Source: Elusimicrobiota bacterium (GTDB lineage Bacteria > Elusimicrobiota > Elusimicrobia > UBA1565). Taken from it: a DNA stretch of 24,027 nucleotides. The position numbers and the translations under genes are program-made. The stretch lies in NCBI GenBank assembly GCA_043819795.1, contig JBDREN010000166.1, positions 1 to 24,027 on the forward strand, written 5' to 3'. The notes beneath the pieces are model-generated. The model had not been told where the DNA came from. It did no database searches and was given only the letters and a program-made list of their open reading frames with translations. Positions 1 to 8,963 of this stretch are shown here, piece by piece (position 1 is the stretch's first letter; every line of letters starts with the position of its first letter).

Positions 1-12
1 CTGAAGTTCCCC
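1..12. repeat. IS terminal inverted repeat (downstream of transposase)
   Basis: CTGAAGTTCCCC is the reverse complement of 1926-1937. Confidence 0.85.
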
Positions 13-78
13 GGCAATTTCCGAGAGATGTCCTGATAATATTAGAGGATTTCGCAAGAATCGACTTCGCCGTTCTGT

Positions 79-1791
79 CTACACCGCGATGGTCTCCAAA
101 AGGTCGTAGGCGCGTTGTTGCTTCGCGTTCGGCGTAGTGACGACCTCGAATGTCGAGGCATTGGGACCATCGATGGGCACACGGCAAACGTTGCGCACGA
201 CGGTGCTGAGCAGTTTGACCAAAGTCTGGAAGCTGTGGACCTCGGACCCGTCGTCGAGGACCCTGAAGTGGACCTTGCTTAGGGCCGGCTTCGAGCGCTT
301 GGCCGGCGCCACTGGATCGCGGGTCTTCTTCGCCTCCTGATCCTCATCGCAAAACAACAGCGGCCTCCACGCCTCGCGCATGTACCACTCGACATAATAG
401 GCCAACATACACAGGAAGATGTGGGCCCGGACCCGGTCCTCTGTGCGATGCCGGATTGGCCGGACCTTGAGGTCAATCGTCTTAAACGAGCGGAACGCTT
501 GCTCGATCAGGGCGAGTTTCTTGTAGCGACGCACCGTGTCTTCGGTGGATGAACGCTCTTCTGCCAAGCTTGTGCGTATCACGTAGATCCCGTCGAGCGC
601 AGTTTCCGCTTTTACCTTCTGCTCGTCAATACGAAATTCAAAGCAGCCGTCCCGGATGTCCAGCACGAAGTGCTTGGACACCTTGTACTTATTGACGACC
701 GTGCCGACCCGCACCCCGATTTCGTCTTTGCCTTTCCCCTTGAGCCTGCCCCGCTCGACCATCGAACGGACCTTCTCCAGTTCCCGGCTCGTCGCATCGA
801 GTAAAGATCGGCGCTTATGGCCGCGCAGCTTGCGGAGCTCGGGGTTCAGGCAGGCGACCAAGCGCTCGCCGGGATAGTCGGGATGCGTAAGTTCGAAGAA
901 GTTGCGCTTATCGAATAGCTCCATCTGTATGGCTTCGCCCTCAACGAGCTTCTTGATCCCTTCCGTTTTTAACGCCGTGATCCAGTCCACCCCGTCGATA
1001 TCCTTGATCTCGTCGATCTGCGTCTGGGTGATCATTCCCCGGTCACCGACCATCGCCATCGTTTTGATGCCGAAGGCTTCTTTCACCTTTTGGACCTGAG
1101 GCATCAGCGTCTTCGGGTCGCCTGTGTTTCCTTTGAAAACAGAAACGGTGACAGGGCGGCCCTGCTCGTCGGTCACCAGGCCGTAGTTAACCTGAAGTTT
1201 TCCCTTCTTTCCGTCTCGGTTCTTTCCCAAGGCGGCCAGAGGGCACGTGACGCCCTCGAAGTAACTCGACGTCAGGTCGAAAAGGACCGATCCTCCTTCC
1301 TTCAGATGCCTGGCGGCGAGCTTCTTTTCTATGCGCGGCTGCCTTTTCAGCAGCCAGTCCATCGCGTCGTAGAGATCATCTTCATCGGCGTCGGCGACGC
1401 CGAGCTCCGCGGGCAGCGTCGTCGTGTTCCACCAGCGCGTGGTCGCCAGCTTGCTCTCAGGCTCGAGTATGCGGGCCGCCACCATAGCCACGACCAAGTC
1501 ACGCTCGCGGGATCGCGTAGAGGTGATCAAGGTTCCAAAGCCAAGGCGCTTCATCGTCGCCATGACGGCGCGCACGTGTCCGTGATGAGCAGAGGCAACG
1601 ACTTCGAAGTGATCCGCAGCGGCGACGAGATCCTCCCCCCTGAGCGCACGCCGGATCGTCTCGACTTGCCGCATCGGCAGAGAGGACAAATTTGCAAGGG
1701 TGCGCTTTCTGATTTTCTTACCCTTGCGAAAGGACTCGCGCAGCAACATGGCCGGCGGTGAATTCCGATTCGGGACGATGTCTATATACAT
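79..1791 (-). CDS. IS1634-family DDE transposase (570 aa)
   Basis: Likely start MYIDIVPNRNSPPAMLLRES at 1791. Motifs LFDLTSSYFEG, GKNRDGKKGKLQVNYGL, VGDRGMI, DGIYVIRTS, YKKLALIEQAFRSFK and RVRAHIFLCMLAYYV are typical of this family. Confidence 0.92.
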   Translation of the reverse strand: MYIDIVPNRNSPPAMLLRESFRKGKKIRKRTLANLSSLPMRQVETIRRALRGEDLVAAADHFEVVASAHHGHVRAVMATMKRLGFGTLITSTRSRERDLVVAMVAARILEPESKLATTRWWNTTTLPAELGVADADEDDLYDAMDWLLKRQPRIEKKLAARHLKEGGSVLFDLTSSYFEGVTCPLAALGKNRDGKKGKLQVNYGLVTDEQGRPVTVSVFKGNTGDPKTLMPQVQKVKEAFGIKTMAMVGDRGMITQTQIDEIKDIDGVDWITALKTEGIKKLVEGEAIQMELFDKRNFFELTHPDYPGERLVACLNPELRKLRGHKRRSLLDATSRELEKVRSMVERGRLKGKGKDEIGVRVGTVVNKYKVSKHFVLDIRDGCFEFRIDEQKVKAETALDGIYVIRTSLAEERSSTEDTVRRYKKLALIEQAFRSFKTIDLKVRPIRHRTEDRVRAHIFLCMLAYYVEWYMREAWRPLLFCDEDQEAKKTRDPVAPAKRSKPALSKVHFRVLDDGSEVHSFQTLVKLLSTVVRNVCRVPIDGPNASTFEVVTTPNAKQQRAYDLLETIAV

Positions 1792-1925
1792 GGTTACAGT
1801 ATAGCAATATCTGCTTCCCATAGCAAGCGGCAGAATAAAACTACATGGGTACATAATAGACAAGGAGAAACCAGCATTCAGCTTATGTTCGTGGAGGTTT
1901 TGCGGAATTCTCGGCCCTATTCGAA

Positions 1926-1937
1926 GGGGAACTTCAG
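1926..1937. repeat. IS terminal inverted repeat (upstream of transposase)
   Basis: GGGGAACTTCAG is the reverse complement of 1-12. Confidence 0.85.
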
Positions 1938-1938
1938 T

Positions 1939-2958
1939 TTAGGGAGCGCTCAGCAGGAAGAAGTAGGTGGGCGCATCGGGGTCGAAGTCGTTGTCCACGG
2001 CGGTCCACAGGAGCCGCGGCCCGGATACGGGGCCGCCCCAGGCGAGGGACTCGAACTTGACGGGGATGGCCTCCGGCGCGAACCCGGCTTTCCCCAGGAC
2101 CTCGACTAAGTCTATGTAGGGCTCCTTGATCAGGACGCCGCGCTCGAAGCGCGCCCGCACGATCATCTTGTAGGTCGCCGCGGGATTGACTCCGGGGTCC
2201 GCCCCCAGCCCGCGGCCGTCGCGCTCCAGGATCAGGAACGATGAGTCCGAGAGCCCCTCGCATTCGTTGAGCCCGAGCTCGGTGGGCTCCATCTTCCATT
2301 CCTTGGGCATGTACCTCACCACGGGCATGTCCACCAAATACTCCGTGGGCGGGGCGGTGGCGACCGCCAGGTCGTAGAGGACCATGCGGTTCTTGGCCCC
2401 CCGCTCCCTGCCTCCGTCCTGGCTGAGCGGAGACTGTAGCAGCGCGGCCAGATGCCGGTTGTCGCCCGTGATGCACAGCCCCTCGAAGCCTTGGTTGTCG
2501 ACCCGGCCTTTCCGTTCGCCCGGCAGGTACTTGTCGGGAGGGTCGAGCCGGCCGATCATGCGGCCGTCCCGGTCGAAGTGGTATACGTAGGGCCCGTACT
2601 CGTCGGCGACGTAGAGAGTGCCGTCGGGAGCGATCGCCAGTCCTTCCGAGTCGATGCGGGTGCGGCCGGTCTCGACGCGGCCGCTGAAGGGCTCGCCCTT
2701 CGCGTCGGTGAAGGCCACGGTCTTTTTGAGGGTCAGCCGCAGATCCTTCCCGTCGAAGTCCACGGCGAAGGTATGGAAGCGGGGCGAGTATTCCACGGTA
2801 CCGTCCAATGGCCCTCGATCGGCCAGGGCCACGAGCTCCTGGCGGTGGGCGTCCCACCTAAGCGATGAAATGCCCCCGATGCGGTGTCCGAGCTTGTCGG
2901 TGGTGGTCCCGGATATCACGGTGAAAGCCAGAAGTGCTGCCGCGGTCGCGTTGATCAT
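1939..2958 (-). CDS. Esterase-like activity of phytase family protein, probably secreted
   Basis: Motifs GGISSL, ADRGP, DSEGL, DEYGP, NQGFEGL, LILERD, KFESL and DNDF, plus a hydrophobic N-terminus. Start is ATG 2958 or GTG 2967. Confidence 0.82.
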   Translation of the reverse strand: MINATAAALLAFTVISGTTTDKLGHRIGGISSLRWDAHRQELVALADRGPLDGTVEYSPRFHTFAVDFDGKDLRLTLKKTVAFTDAKGEPFSGRVETGRTRIDSEGLAIAPDGTLYVADEYGPYVYHFDRDGRMIGRLDPPDKYLPGERKGRVDNQGFEGLCITGDNRHLAALLQSPLSQDGGRERGAKNRMVLYDLAVATAPPTEYLVDMPVVRYMPKEWKMEPTELGLNECEGLSDSSFLILERDGRGLGADPGVNPAATYKMIVRARFERGVLIKEPYIDLVEVLGKAGFAPEAIPVKFESLAWGGPVSGPRLLWTAVDNDFDPDAPTYFFLLSAP

Positions 2959-3161
2959 GGGATACACTTACGAAATCCGTCGTCGCGTCGTCAACACCAA
3001 CTCCGCAGTCCGGTATGCCGCGGCTCACACGCTGACGGAAGCCGGAGGCGATGCGCGGAACGGGCCCTTCGCATACGCCCTTGGCCGGGAGCCCGCGGGT
3101 GGGGCCCCGGCCCCACAGCGGGGCGATCGCCGGGGGCCGCGACGGCTGTCGCCCCGCCGGG

Positions 3162-3716
3162 TCACCGGTCTTCGGAGAAGAGAGAAGCGTACGTTTCCCA
3201 GATGGCGGGAAGGCCGAGTTCGGCGGCGAGGCTCCTTACGCGGGGCTCCAGATAAGCGCGGTCGAGGCTGTCCGCGCGCAGGCGCGCGAGCTCACGCACG
3301 TCCTCCAGGTCCTTAGTCCGTTCCGAGACGATCTTGTGGAGGATGAGGTCCTCGGGAGAGCACACGTTCGCCGCGAAAGTCCCCAGGTCCGTTTTCCGAG
3401 CCCGCTTCACGGCCGCTTCCTCGTAGGGGAGTCGCCCGAAAACGACATCCACCGGGACGCCGCCCACGGTCAGCGGCAGCACTCCGGTGTTCCGGACGAA
3501 GCCGGCGGGATCTTGGGCCCGCGACTGGAACGCGGCGCAGAGCCCGCGCACGACAGCCTCCTCCCGGCCGGCCGCCCAGACCGTGACGTCCACGTCGAAG
3601 GTCGCGCGGCGGACGCCCCACACCAGGCCTGCGATCCCTCCAATCACCATGTACGGGACGGAGTCCCCATCCAAGAACCGCACGATCGATTCGAGAGCCC
3701 GCTCCAGAGGATTCAT
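3162..3716 (-). CDS. Nucleotidyltransferase family protein (AbiEii/DUF6036-like), candidate toxin
   Basis: MNPLERALESIVRFL...YMVIGGIAGLVWGVRRATFDVD (GG...RxTxDxD signature) and C-terminal SPEDLILHK...RTKDLEDV. The ATG overlaps the upstream stop (ATGA). Confidence 0.82.
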   Translation of the reverse strand: MNPLERALESIVRFLDGDSVPYMVIGGIAGLVWGVRRATFDVDVTVWAAGREEAVVRGLCAAFQSRAQDPAGFVRNTGVLPLTVGGVPVDVVFGRLPYEEAAVKRARKTDLGTFAANVCSPEDLILHKIVSERTKDLEDVRELARLRADSLDRAYLEPRVRSLAAELGLPAIWETYASLFSEDR

Positions 3717-4141
3717 GCCGGGCAGAGGGCCAGGCGCCTGCGCCACTCCTTCCACGCGGTGGCCTTGGCCTCCAGCGGCTCGGGGGAGGGGGGGCCATGG
3801 AGCCTCTCGAAGGTCCCGACTAGGGCCCCGGCCATCCCGAGAGCCTCCCCTGGGCTGAGACGATCTCGGCGGTCCTGTTCCCACCTGTTGTAGCGCTTCA
3901 GGGACTCAAGGCGTCTGGTCCAGCCGCCTGCGCCCGGGAAAGCGGGCTGGACCGTCCACGAGAGTCCCAGTGCCGAAAGGATCCTGTTCAACGTGGAGAA
4001 CCCCGGGTCCACTTTGGCCCTTTCAATGAGGGAGATGTGCTGCTGGTTGGTGCCGGAGGCGCGGGCAAGCTCGGACTGCGTCATTTGCAGGCGCTTCCTG
4101 CTCTCCCGGATGCGTCTTCCGAGGTTCGATACGCTGTCCAT
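3713..4141 (-). CDS. XRE-family helix-turn-helix protein with C-terminal helical extension, candidate antitoxin/regulator (142 aa)
   Basis: LGRRIRESRKRLQMTQSELARASGTNQQHISLIERAKVDPGFSTLNRILSALG is a classic HTH_3 pattern. Start MDSVS at 4141; the longer ORF-track start runs through AT-rich promoter DNA. Confidence 0.85.
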   Translation of the reverse strand: MDSVSNLGRRIRESRKRLQMTQSELARASGTNQQHISLIERAKVDPGFSTLNRILSALGLSWTVQPAFPGAGGWTRRLESLKRYNRWEQDRRDRLSPGEALGMAGALVGTFERLHGPPSPEPLEAKATAWKEWRRRLALCPA

Positions 4142-4205
4142 TCTATGATTATATATGGATTTACATATTAATTCAATACATAAGATAATATGTACAATTA
4201 TATAC
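4142..4205 (-). promoter_or_regulatory. AT-rich promoter/operator with inverted repeat TACATATTA-N15-TAATATGTA
   Basis: Perfect 9-bp arms at 4162-4170 and 4186-4194, directly upstream of the HTH gene, in a very AT-rich patch. Confidence 0.65.
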
Positions 4206-4402
4206 GCCTTCACAGCAGCTCTACGCCCCATCAGGGAATTCGGGTAAGTGGTCACGACCAGGCGCGGACCCGTCCGGCGGCAAGCTCGTGCTCGACCTGA
4301 CTTTTCCTGTTTATGCGGAGGCAAGGGGGGAGGGGAATTGGTTGTGGCCGGCGCGAAGCGCGAGGGAGCCTGGGGGGAGCGAGCGGCGTTCGCGCGGCCC
4401 GG

Positions 4403-5326
4403 CTAACTGCGGTCGGGCGGCTTAGGTCCCTCACCCTCGTAGGGCTCCAGGTGGATCAGCGCGTCCGCCACGTCGGGGCCTTTCTCGAGCAAAGCTTCCT
4501 TGACGAGCCCGGCGATACCATGGCCTTCCCTCACGGTGAGCTCGGGCTTCACCTGGACATGGATGTCCACCTGCAGGCCGAAGCCCAGGCGCCGCGTACG
4601 GCACTTGTGGACGCCGAGCACCCCCTCGGTCGCGAGGCAGATGCTCTCGATCCGGCCGTGGATCTTCGGTCCCGCGCCCATGTCCGCGAGTTCCTGGACC
4701 GCGTCCCAGCCGATCCGCCACGCGGCCCGGAGGATGAAGGCGCACACGAGCAGAGCGCCGATGTGGTCGAGGAAGTACCATCCGGGGGAATAACGCGCGC
4801 CGGCCACCGCGAGGACGGCGGGGATGGAGCTCAGCGCGTCGGAGCGCTGGTGCCAGGCGTTGGCTATCGCGGCCTTGGACTTGGTCCGCTTCCCGACCCC
4901 CATCGTCCAGTGGTAGAGGGACTCCTTGACGATGATCGAGGCCAGCGCGGCGATCAGCGCGATCAGGCCCGGGGGCCCCACGTGCCTCACTCTGAGGGTC
5001 ACCAAGGCGTTGTATCCGAGGCCCAGCGCGACGAAAGCCAGGACCACGCCGATGAACGCCGTTACGAGGGTCTCGATCCTGCGGTGCCCGTAGGGATGCG
5101 ACTCGTCGGCCGGGGCGGACCAGTATTGGAGGCCGATGAGCAGGGCGAAGTCGGTCGACAGGTCCGACAAGCTGTGGACGCCGTCCGCCACGACCACCTG
5201 GCTCGAGCCGATGGTCCCCGCGGTTATCTTGAACGCGGAGAGAGCGACGTTGATGACGGCGCCGGCCAGGGTCACCCGCCGGACTTCCCGGCCGGCCGCC
5301 AAAAACTCGCCTTCCGGACGCGCCAT
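4403..5326 (-). CDS. Cation diffusion facilitator (FieF/MamM-like) metal efflux transporter
   Basis: ADGVHSLSD, ADESHPYGHRRIE, ANAWHQRSDALSS, and C-terminal VDIHVQV...EGHGIA...IHLEP, with multiple transmembrane segments. Confidence 0.93.
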   Translation of the reverse strand: MARPEGEFLAAGREVRRVTLAGAVINVALSAFKITAGTIGSSQVVVADGVHSLSDLSTDFALLIGLQYWSAPADESHPYGHRRIETLVTAFIGVVLAFVALGLGYNALVTLRVRHVGPPGLIALIAALASIIVKESLYHWTMGVGKRTKSKAAIANAWHQRSDALSSIPAVLAVAGARYSPGWYFLDHIGALLVCAFILRAAWRIGWDAVQELADMGAGPKIHGRIESICLATEGVLGVHKCRTRRLGFGLQVDIHVQVKPELTVREGHGIAGLVKEALLEKGPDVADALIHLEPYEGEGPKPPDRS

Positions 5327-5368
5327 ACGCCCGTATGCTAGCAAAACAGAAAGCGGTGTAGAGCGGCG

Positions 5369-5593
5369 TCAGGGCGCGTCCTGAAGGACCCGGCGCAGGG
5401 CCTTGGCCAGAAGAAGCGCCCAGGGAAGGCCGTGCAGGAGCAGGTCGAAGATGTCGAGGGGCCTCGATAGCTTCCCCGTGAAGAGCATCTGAAGCTTCTC
5501 TACGATATGCGGCTTCGGATAGAAGGGCGCCAGCCCCAAGGCCAGGGCCGCCAGGACGAGGACTGACCAGGGGAGCCTGTCGAGCCAAGCCAT
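5369..5593 (-). CDS. Small conserved membrane protein (LGLAPFxPxPHxxEKL family), function unknown
   Basis: 74 aa with two hydrophobic stretches and the motif LGLAPFYPKPHIVEKLQML...PLDIFDLLLHG, which I recognise as a conserved small-protein family. Confidence 0.75.
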   Translation of the reverse strand: MAWLDRLPWSVLVLAALALGLAPFYPKPHIVEKLQMLFTGKLSRPLDIFDLLLHGLPWALLLAKALRRVLQDAP

Positions 5594-5616
5594 AGATTAA
5601 TATGATATCGAATATC

Positions 5617-5731
5617 GGCGTCATGCATTGAGTTCTTTGAGTTCTTTGACTTGTTTGAGTAACCGAGACCCGGTACCAGGTACCCGACCGCAAGTTACTC
5701 AAACAACTCAAGAAACTCAATGCATGACGCC
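5617..5731. repeat. 115-bp imperfect palindrome built from ~9-bp TTGAGTT-containing units
   Basis: An 18-bp perfect outer pair (5617-5634/5714-5731) and a 13-bp perfect inner pair (5651-5663/5694-5706). The loop contains GGTACC-A-GGTACC. Confidence 0.9.
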
Positions 5732-5742
5732 TAGGAGGGTTT

Positions 5743-6738
5743 ATGGAGGATTGGAACCCGGGCCGGTTGCTCAAGCTTTCGGGCGGATATTGGGGCACCT
5801 GCGCCCTGCACGCGGGGGTTAAGCTCGACCTCTTCACGAAGATAGGGGACCGCAAGGTCCGAGCAAAAGAGCTGGCCGGCGAGCTCGGCGCGGACGCGCG
5901 CGGGCTCGGGATGCTGCTCAACGCCTTGGCCGCGCTGGAGCTTATCAAGAAGAGCGGCGAGGCTTACGAGAACGTCTCCGGCGCGAAGGAGTTCCTTGCC
6001 AAGGACTCGCCCGACTATATCGGCTACCTGATCATGCACCACCACTATCTGATGGACTCCTGGGTGGATTTGGCCCGGGCTGTCAAAGACGGCGGGCCCA
6101 TCCGCGACCGCGCCCCGGACTCGCCGGAGGGCGCCGCGCGCCGCGAAGCGTTCCTGATGGGGATGTTCAACTCGGCGATGAACTTCGCTCCGATGATCGT
6201 CCCGAAGCTGGACCTTTCGGGAAAACGGAGCCTGCTGGACATGGGCGGCGGGCCGGGCACCTACGCCATCATGTTCTGCCGGCGCTATCCGGAGCTGCGG
6301 GCGACCGTGTTCGACCTGCCCACGACCAGGCCTTTCGCGGAGAAGACCATCGAGCGCTTCGGCCTGAGCGACCGGGTCCGGTTTCTTCCGGGCGACTATA
6401 TCAAAGACGAGATCGAGGGGAAGTACGACGCCGCGTGGCTCTCCCACATCCTGCACGCCGAAGGTCCCGGGGGCTGCCGCGAGATCATCAGGAAGGCGGT
6501 GGCCGCGCTCAATCCCGGGGGCCTCATCATGGTGCACGATTTCTTCCTGCGCGACACCATGGACGGCCCGCCTTTTCCCGCGCTGTTCGCGCTGAACATG
6601 CTGCTGGGCACCGACGCGGGGCAGGCCTATTCCGAGGGGCAGGTGCGCGAGATGCTCGCCGATGCCGGCGTGAGGGATATCCGGCGCGTCCCCGTCTCCA
6701 CCCCGAACGACTCCGGCGTCCTAGCCGGCGTCAAATAG
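5743..6738 (+). CDS. SAM-dependent O-methyltransferase (dimerisation domain + Methyltransf_2)
   Basis: N-terminal winged-helix dimerisation region (ALHAGVKLDLFT...LLNALAALELI), LLDMGGGPG, FDLP, GDY and LSHILH. SD AGGAGG at 5733-5738. Confidence 0.92.
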   Translation: MEDWNPGRLLKLSGGYWGTCALHAGVKLDLFTKIGDRKVRAKELAGELGADARGLGMLLNALAALELIKKSGEAYENVSGAKEFLAKDSPDYIGYLIMHHHYLMDSWVDLARAVKDGGPIRDRAPDSPEGAARREAFLMGMFNSAMNFAPMIVPKLDLSGKRSLLDMGGGPGTYAIMFCRRYPELRATVFDLPTTRPFAEKTIERFGLSDRVRFLPGDYIKDEIEGKYDAAWLSHILHAEGPGGCREIIRKAVAALNPGGLIMVHDFFLRDTMDGPPFPALFALNMLLGTDAGQAYSEGQVREMLADAGVRDIRRVPVSTPNDSGVLAGVK

Positions 6739-6761
6739 GCGGACGCCCGGCGCTCGCCTCT

Positions 6762-8778
6762 TCAGCCGGGCCCGGCGCTCTCGAGCAGCTTCTTGGCCGC
6801 GGCGATCTCTCCCGACAGGCCGACGAGGAGGACCTCGTCTCCCTCGCGCAGGTGGACCGCCGCGCCGGGCGCCGACAAAGAATCCCCTTGGCGGTTTATC
6901 TGGACGATGCTGGCCCCCGTCCGGGAGTGGATCTCGAGGTCCCGGATGGCCCTGCCCGCGGCGGCCGCTCCCTTCTCGATGCGCAGCGAGGCGATTTGGA
7001 CCCGCGCCGTGGGGGGGTTCTCCACGAGGTGCGAGACCACGGTGGCGCCGGCCTCGGGCCGCGCATGGCCTTTCTCCAGAGTCTCGCGCAGCTTCACCTG
7101 GATCCTGGCGTAGAGCCGGTTCATCCCGCGCCAGAGGAATACGCCCGCCCCGAGCATCAAGGCCAGCGGAAACAGGGCGTAGGGCCAGGGCGGCAGGATC
7201 CGGAGGCTCATGCTCACGAACCACCAGGCCACGGCGGCGGTGGCCACGGCGAGCATGAACCGCGTCAGCATCGGATGGGTCTCGGCGGGCGGTCGCGGAT
7301 CGCCCCATCGGGGAGTGAAGGCCTCCAGCAGGATCAGCGTGACCGCCTGGGTCTTGCGCCAGAGCGCGAGCAAAAAGGGCAGCATCACGAAGGCCGTCAC
7401 CAGCCAGACGGCGCCGGGATACCGGACGTCGAGCCCGTACCTCTTATCGAAGGACTCCGCCACGAGGAACACGCCGCTCAGCCCCAGGACGTTCAGCAGG
7501 ATCTGGATCACGGACGGGCGGATCAGGTCCATGACGACCCTGGCCCGGCGCGGCACGGAGACCCTCTTGAGGCCGGAGTGGTACTCGTTAAGCAGCCGCT
7601 TGAGCCAGTCGGGCATCAGGCGCTCGGGCGCCGCGTCCACCGCCGGCATCAGGCCGGTCGCGAACAAGGTCGTCCCCAGGCAGAGCAGCACGGCCAGCGG
7701 GTAAAGAGGCACCTCGGTGAGGCCGCGCCGGTCGCCCAGTTGCGCGAGGATGAAGGAGAACTCGCCGATCGGCAGCCGGGCGTGCATCGCCCGGACCAGT
7801 CCCCCGGATTCCTCGCCCACCGCGGCGATCGCCAGGAAGTTGGCCGCGAGCCGGGCTAGGACCACGAAGATCAGCAGGCCCAGGGAGAGCCGCCAGTGCG
7901 CGAACACCCAGCTGGGGTCTATCATCATGCCCACCGCCACGAAGAAGACGGCCCCGAAGACGGCCTTGAAGGGCTCCACGGTCTCGAGCAGCTTGGGCTT
8001 AGACGCGGTCTCGGCCATCATGGCTCCGGCTAGGAACGCCCCGAGCGCGGCGGAGAACCCCAGCTTCTCGGTGAGGAAGGAGAGGCCGAAGCAGGTCCCG
8101 ATGATGACGAGCGTGGAGACCTCCTTCATCCCCCGACCTCTCGACCAAAGATAGGATGCCCGGAAGCACGAGGAGTCCCGCCACGACCACTAGGGTCACC
8201 AGCATCCCGAAGCGCGCCAGCTCGGATAAGGCGGCGCCGAAAACGGGGCCTCCCCTATGGCCGGCCGCCGAGAAGACCGCTATCATGAGGACGGCGATGA
8301 TGTCCTCGCCGATCAGGATGCCGGAGGCCAGTTCGCCCCACCCGGCCTTGGCCCCGCCGTACTCCAGGAGCATGCGGGCGACCACCGCGGTGCTGGCCAG
8401 GGAGATCACTCCCCCGAAGAGGAGGGCGCCCAAAGGCGGCATCCCGAGGAGCCTCCCCGCGTAGAAGCCGGCGGTCATGAGCACGACCACCTCGATCAAG
8501 GCGCCCACCATGGCCCTGGCGCCGACGGCGGCAAGGCGCTTGAGGTTGAACTCCACTCCCAGGGCGAACAGGAGGAATACGACCCCGATCTCGGCCAGCG
8601 CTTCCAGGCTGTGGAAGTCGGCGACCAGGTCCACCGGCGTGGTATGAGGGCCCAGGATCAGGCCCACCAGGAGGTACCCGAGAACCGGAGGCTGCTTCAG
8701 GCGGCGGAATAGAAGGAGTACCGCCGCGGCGGAGGCGAGGACCAGCGTGAGGTCTTGGAGGAAATCCAGGGCCGTCAT
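6762..8778 (-). pseudogene. CPA2 cation:proton antiporter (KefB/YbaL-like) with C-terminal TrkA-C domain, frameshifted at ~8130-8134
   Basis: The N-half (KQPPVLGYLLVG, AEIGVVFLLFALGVEF, SLASTAVV, GILIGEDI) and C-half (SAALGAFLAG, FFVAVGM, PIGEFSFILA, TrkA-C) lie in different frames. Removing one G from TC-GGGGG-ATG gives a continuous ...VERSGMKEVSTL... Confidence 0.85.
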
Positions 8779-8829
8779 GGCGCCGCGCAATAAGCGTAAC
8801 CGCTTTCTCGGCTCCGCGCAAGTCGCGTC

Positions 8830-8869
8830 AAAAAGCGCTGCCCGGCCTTTCGTGCCGCGCGGCGCTTTT
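8830..8869 (-). terminator. Possible intrinsic terminator after rpoD
   Basis: Imperfect hairpin AAAAGCGC...GCGCTTTT ending in T5 on the minus strand. Confidence 0.4.
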
Positions 8870-8963
8870 GTCGACGTCCGGGCCCGGCGCGTGGGTCACA
8901 TCGGGCGGCGTCCCGCCGAGGTCGTCGTGCCCGGGTCAGGCGCCCGCGGGACCGATACCGTAG

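Larger units (their letters stand above)
1..1937 (-). mobile_element. IS1634-family insertion sequence, apparently complete (left end possibly clipped by a few bases at the window edge)
   Basis: 12-bp perfect terminal inverted repeats CTGAAGTTCCCC (1-12) and GGGGAACTTCAG (1926-1937) enclose a single DDE transposase gene. The region is visibly less GC-rich than the flanking DNA. Confidence 0.88.

Noticed and set aside
1792..1863. Extended N-termini from the ORF track (also 4142-4324, 14897-14965, 16047-16064, 20160-20219)
   Set aside because: They run through promoter or SD sequence. Downstream starts fit the domain boundaries and ribosome-binding sites better.
5617..5731. CRISPR array
   Set aside because: Units are 9 bp, abutting and inverted, with no spacers and no cas genes.
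4313..7859. Long alternative-frame ORFs (4313-5341, 4431-5948, 5731-6537, 6435-7859)
   Set aside because: They overlap well-supported genes and have low-complexity R/P/G-rich translations.
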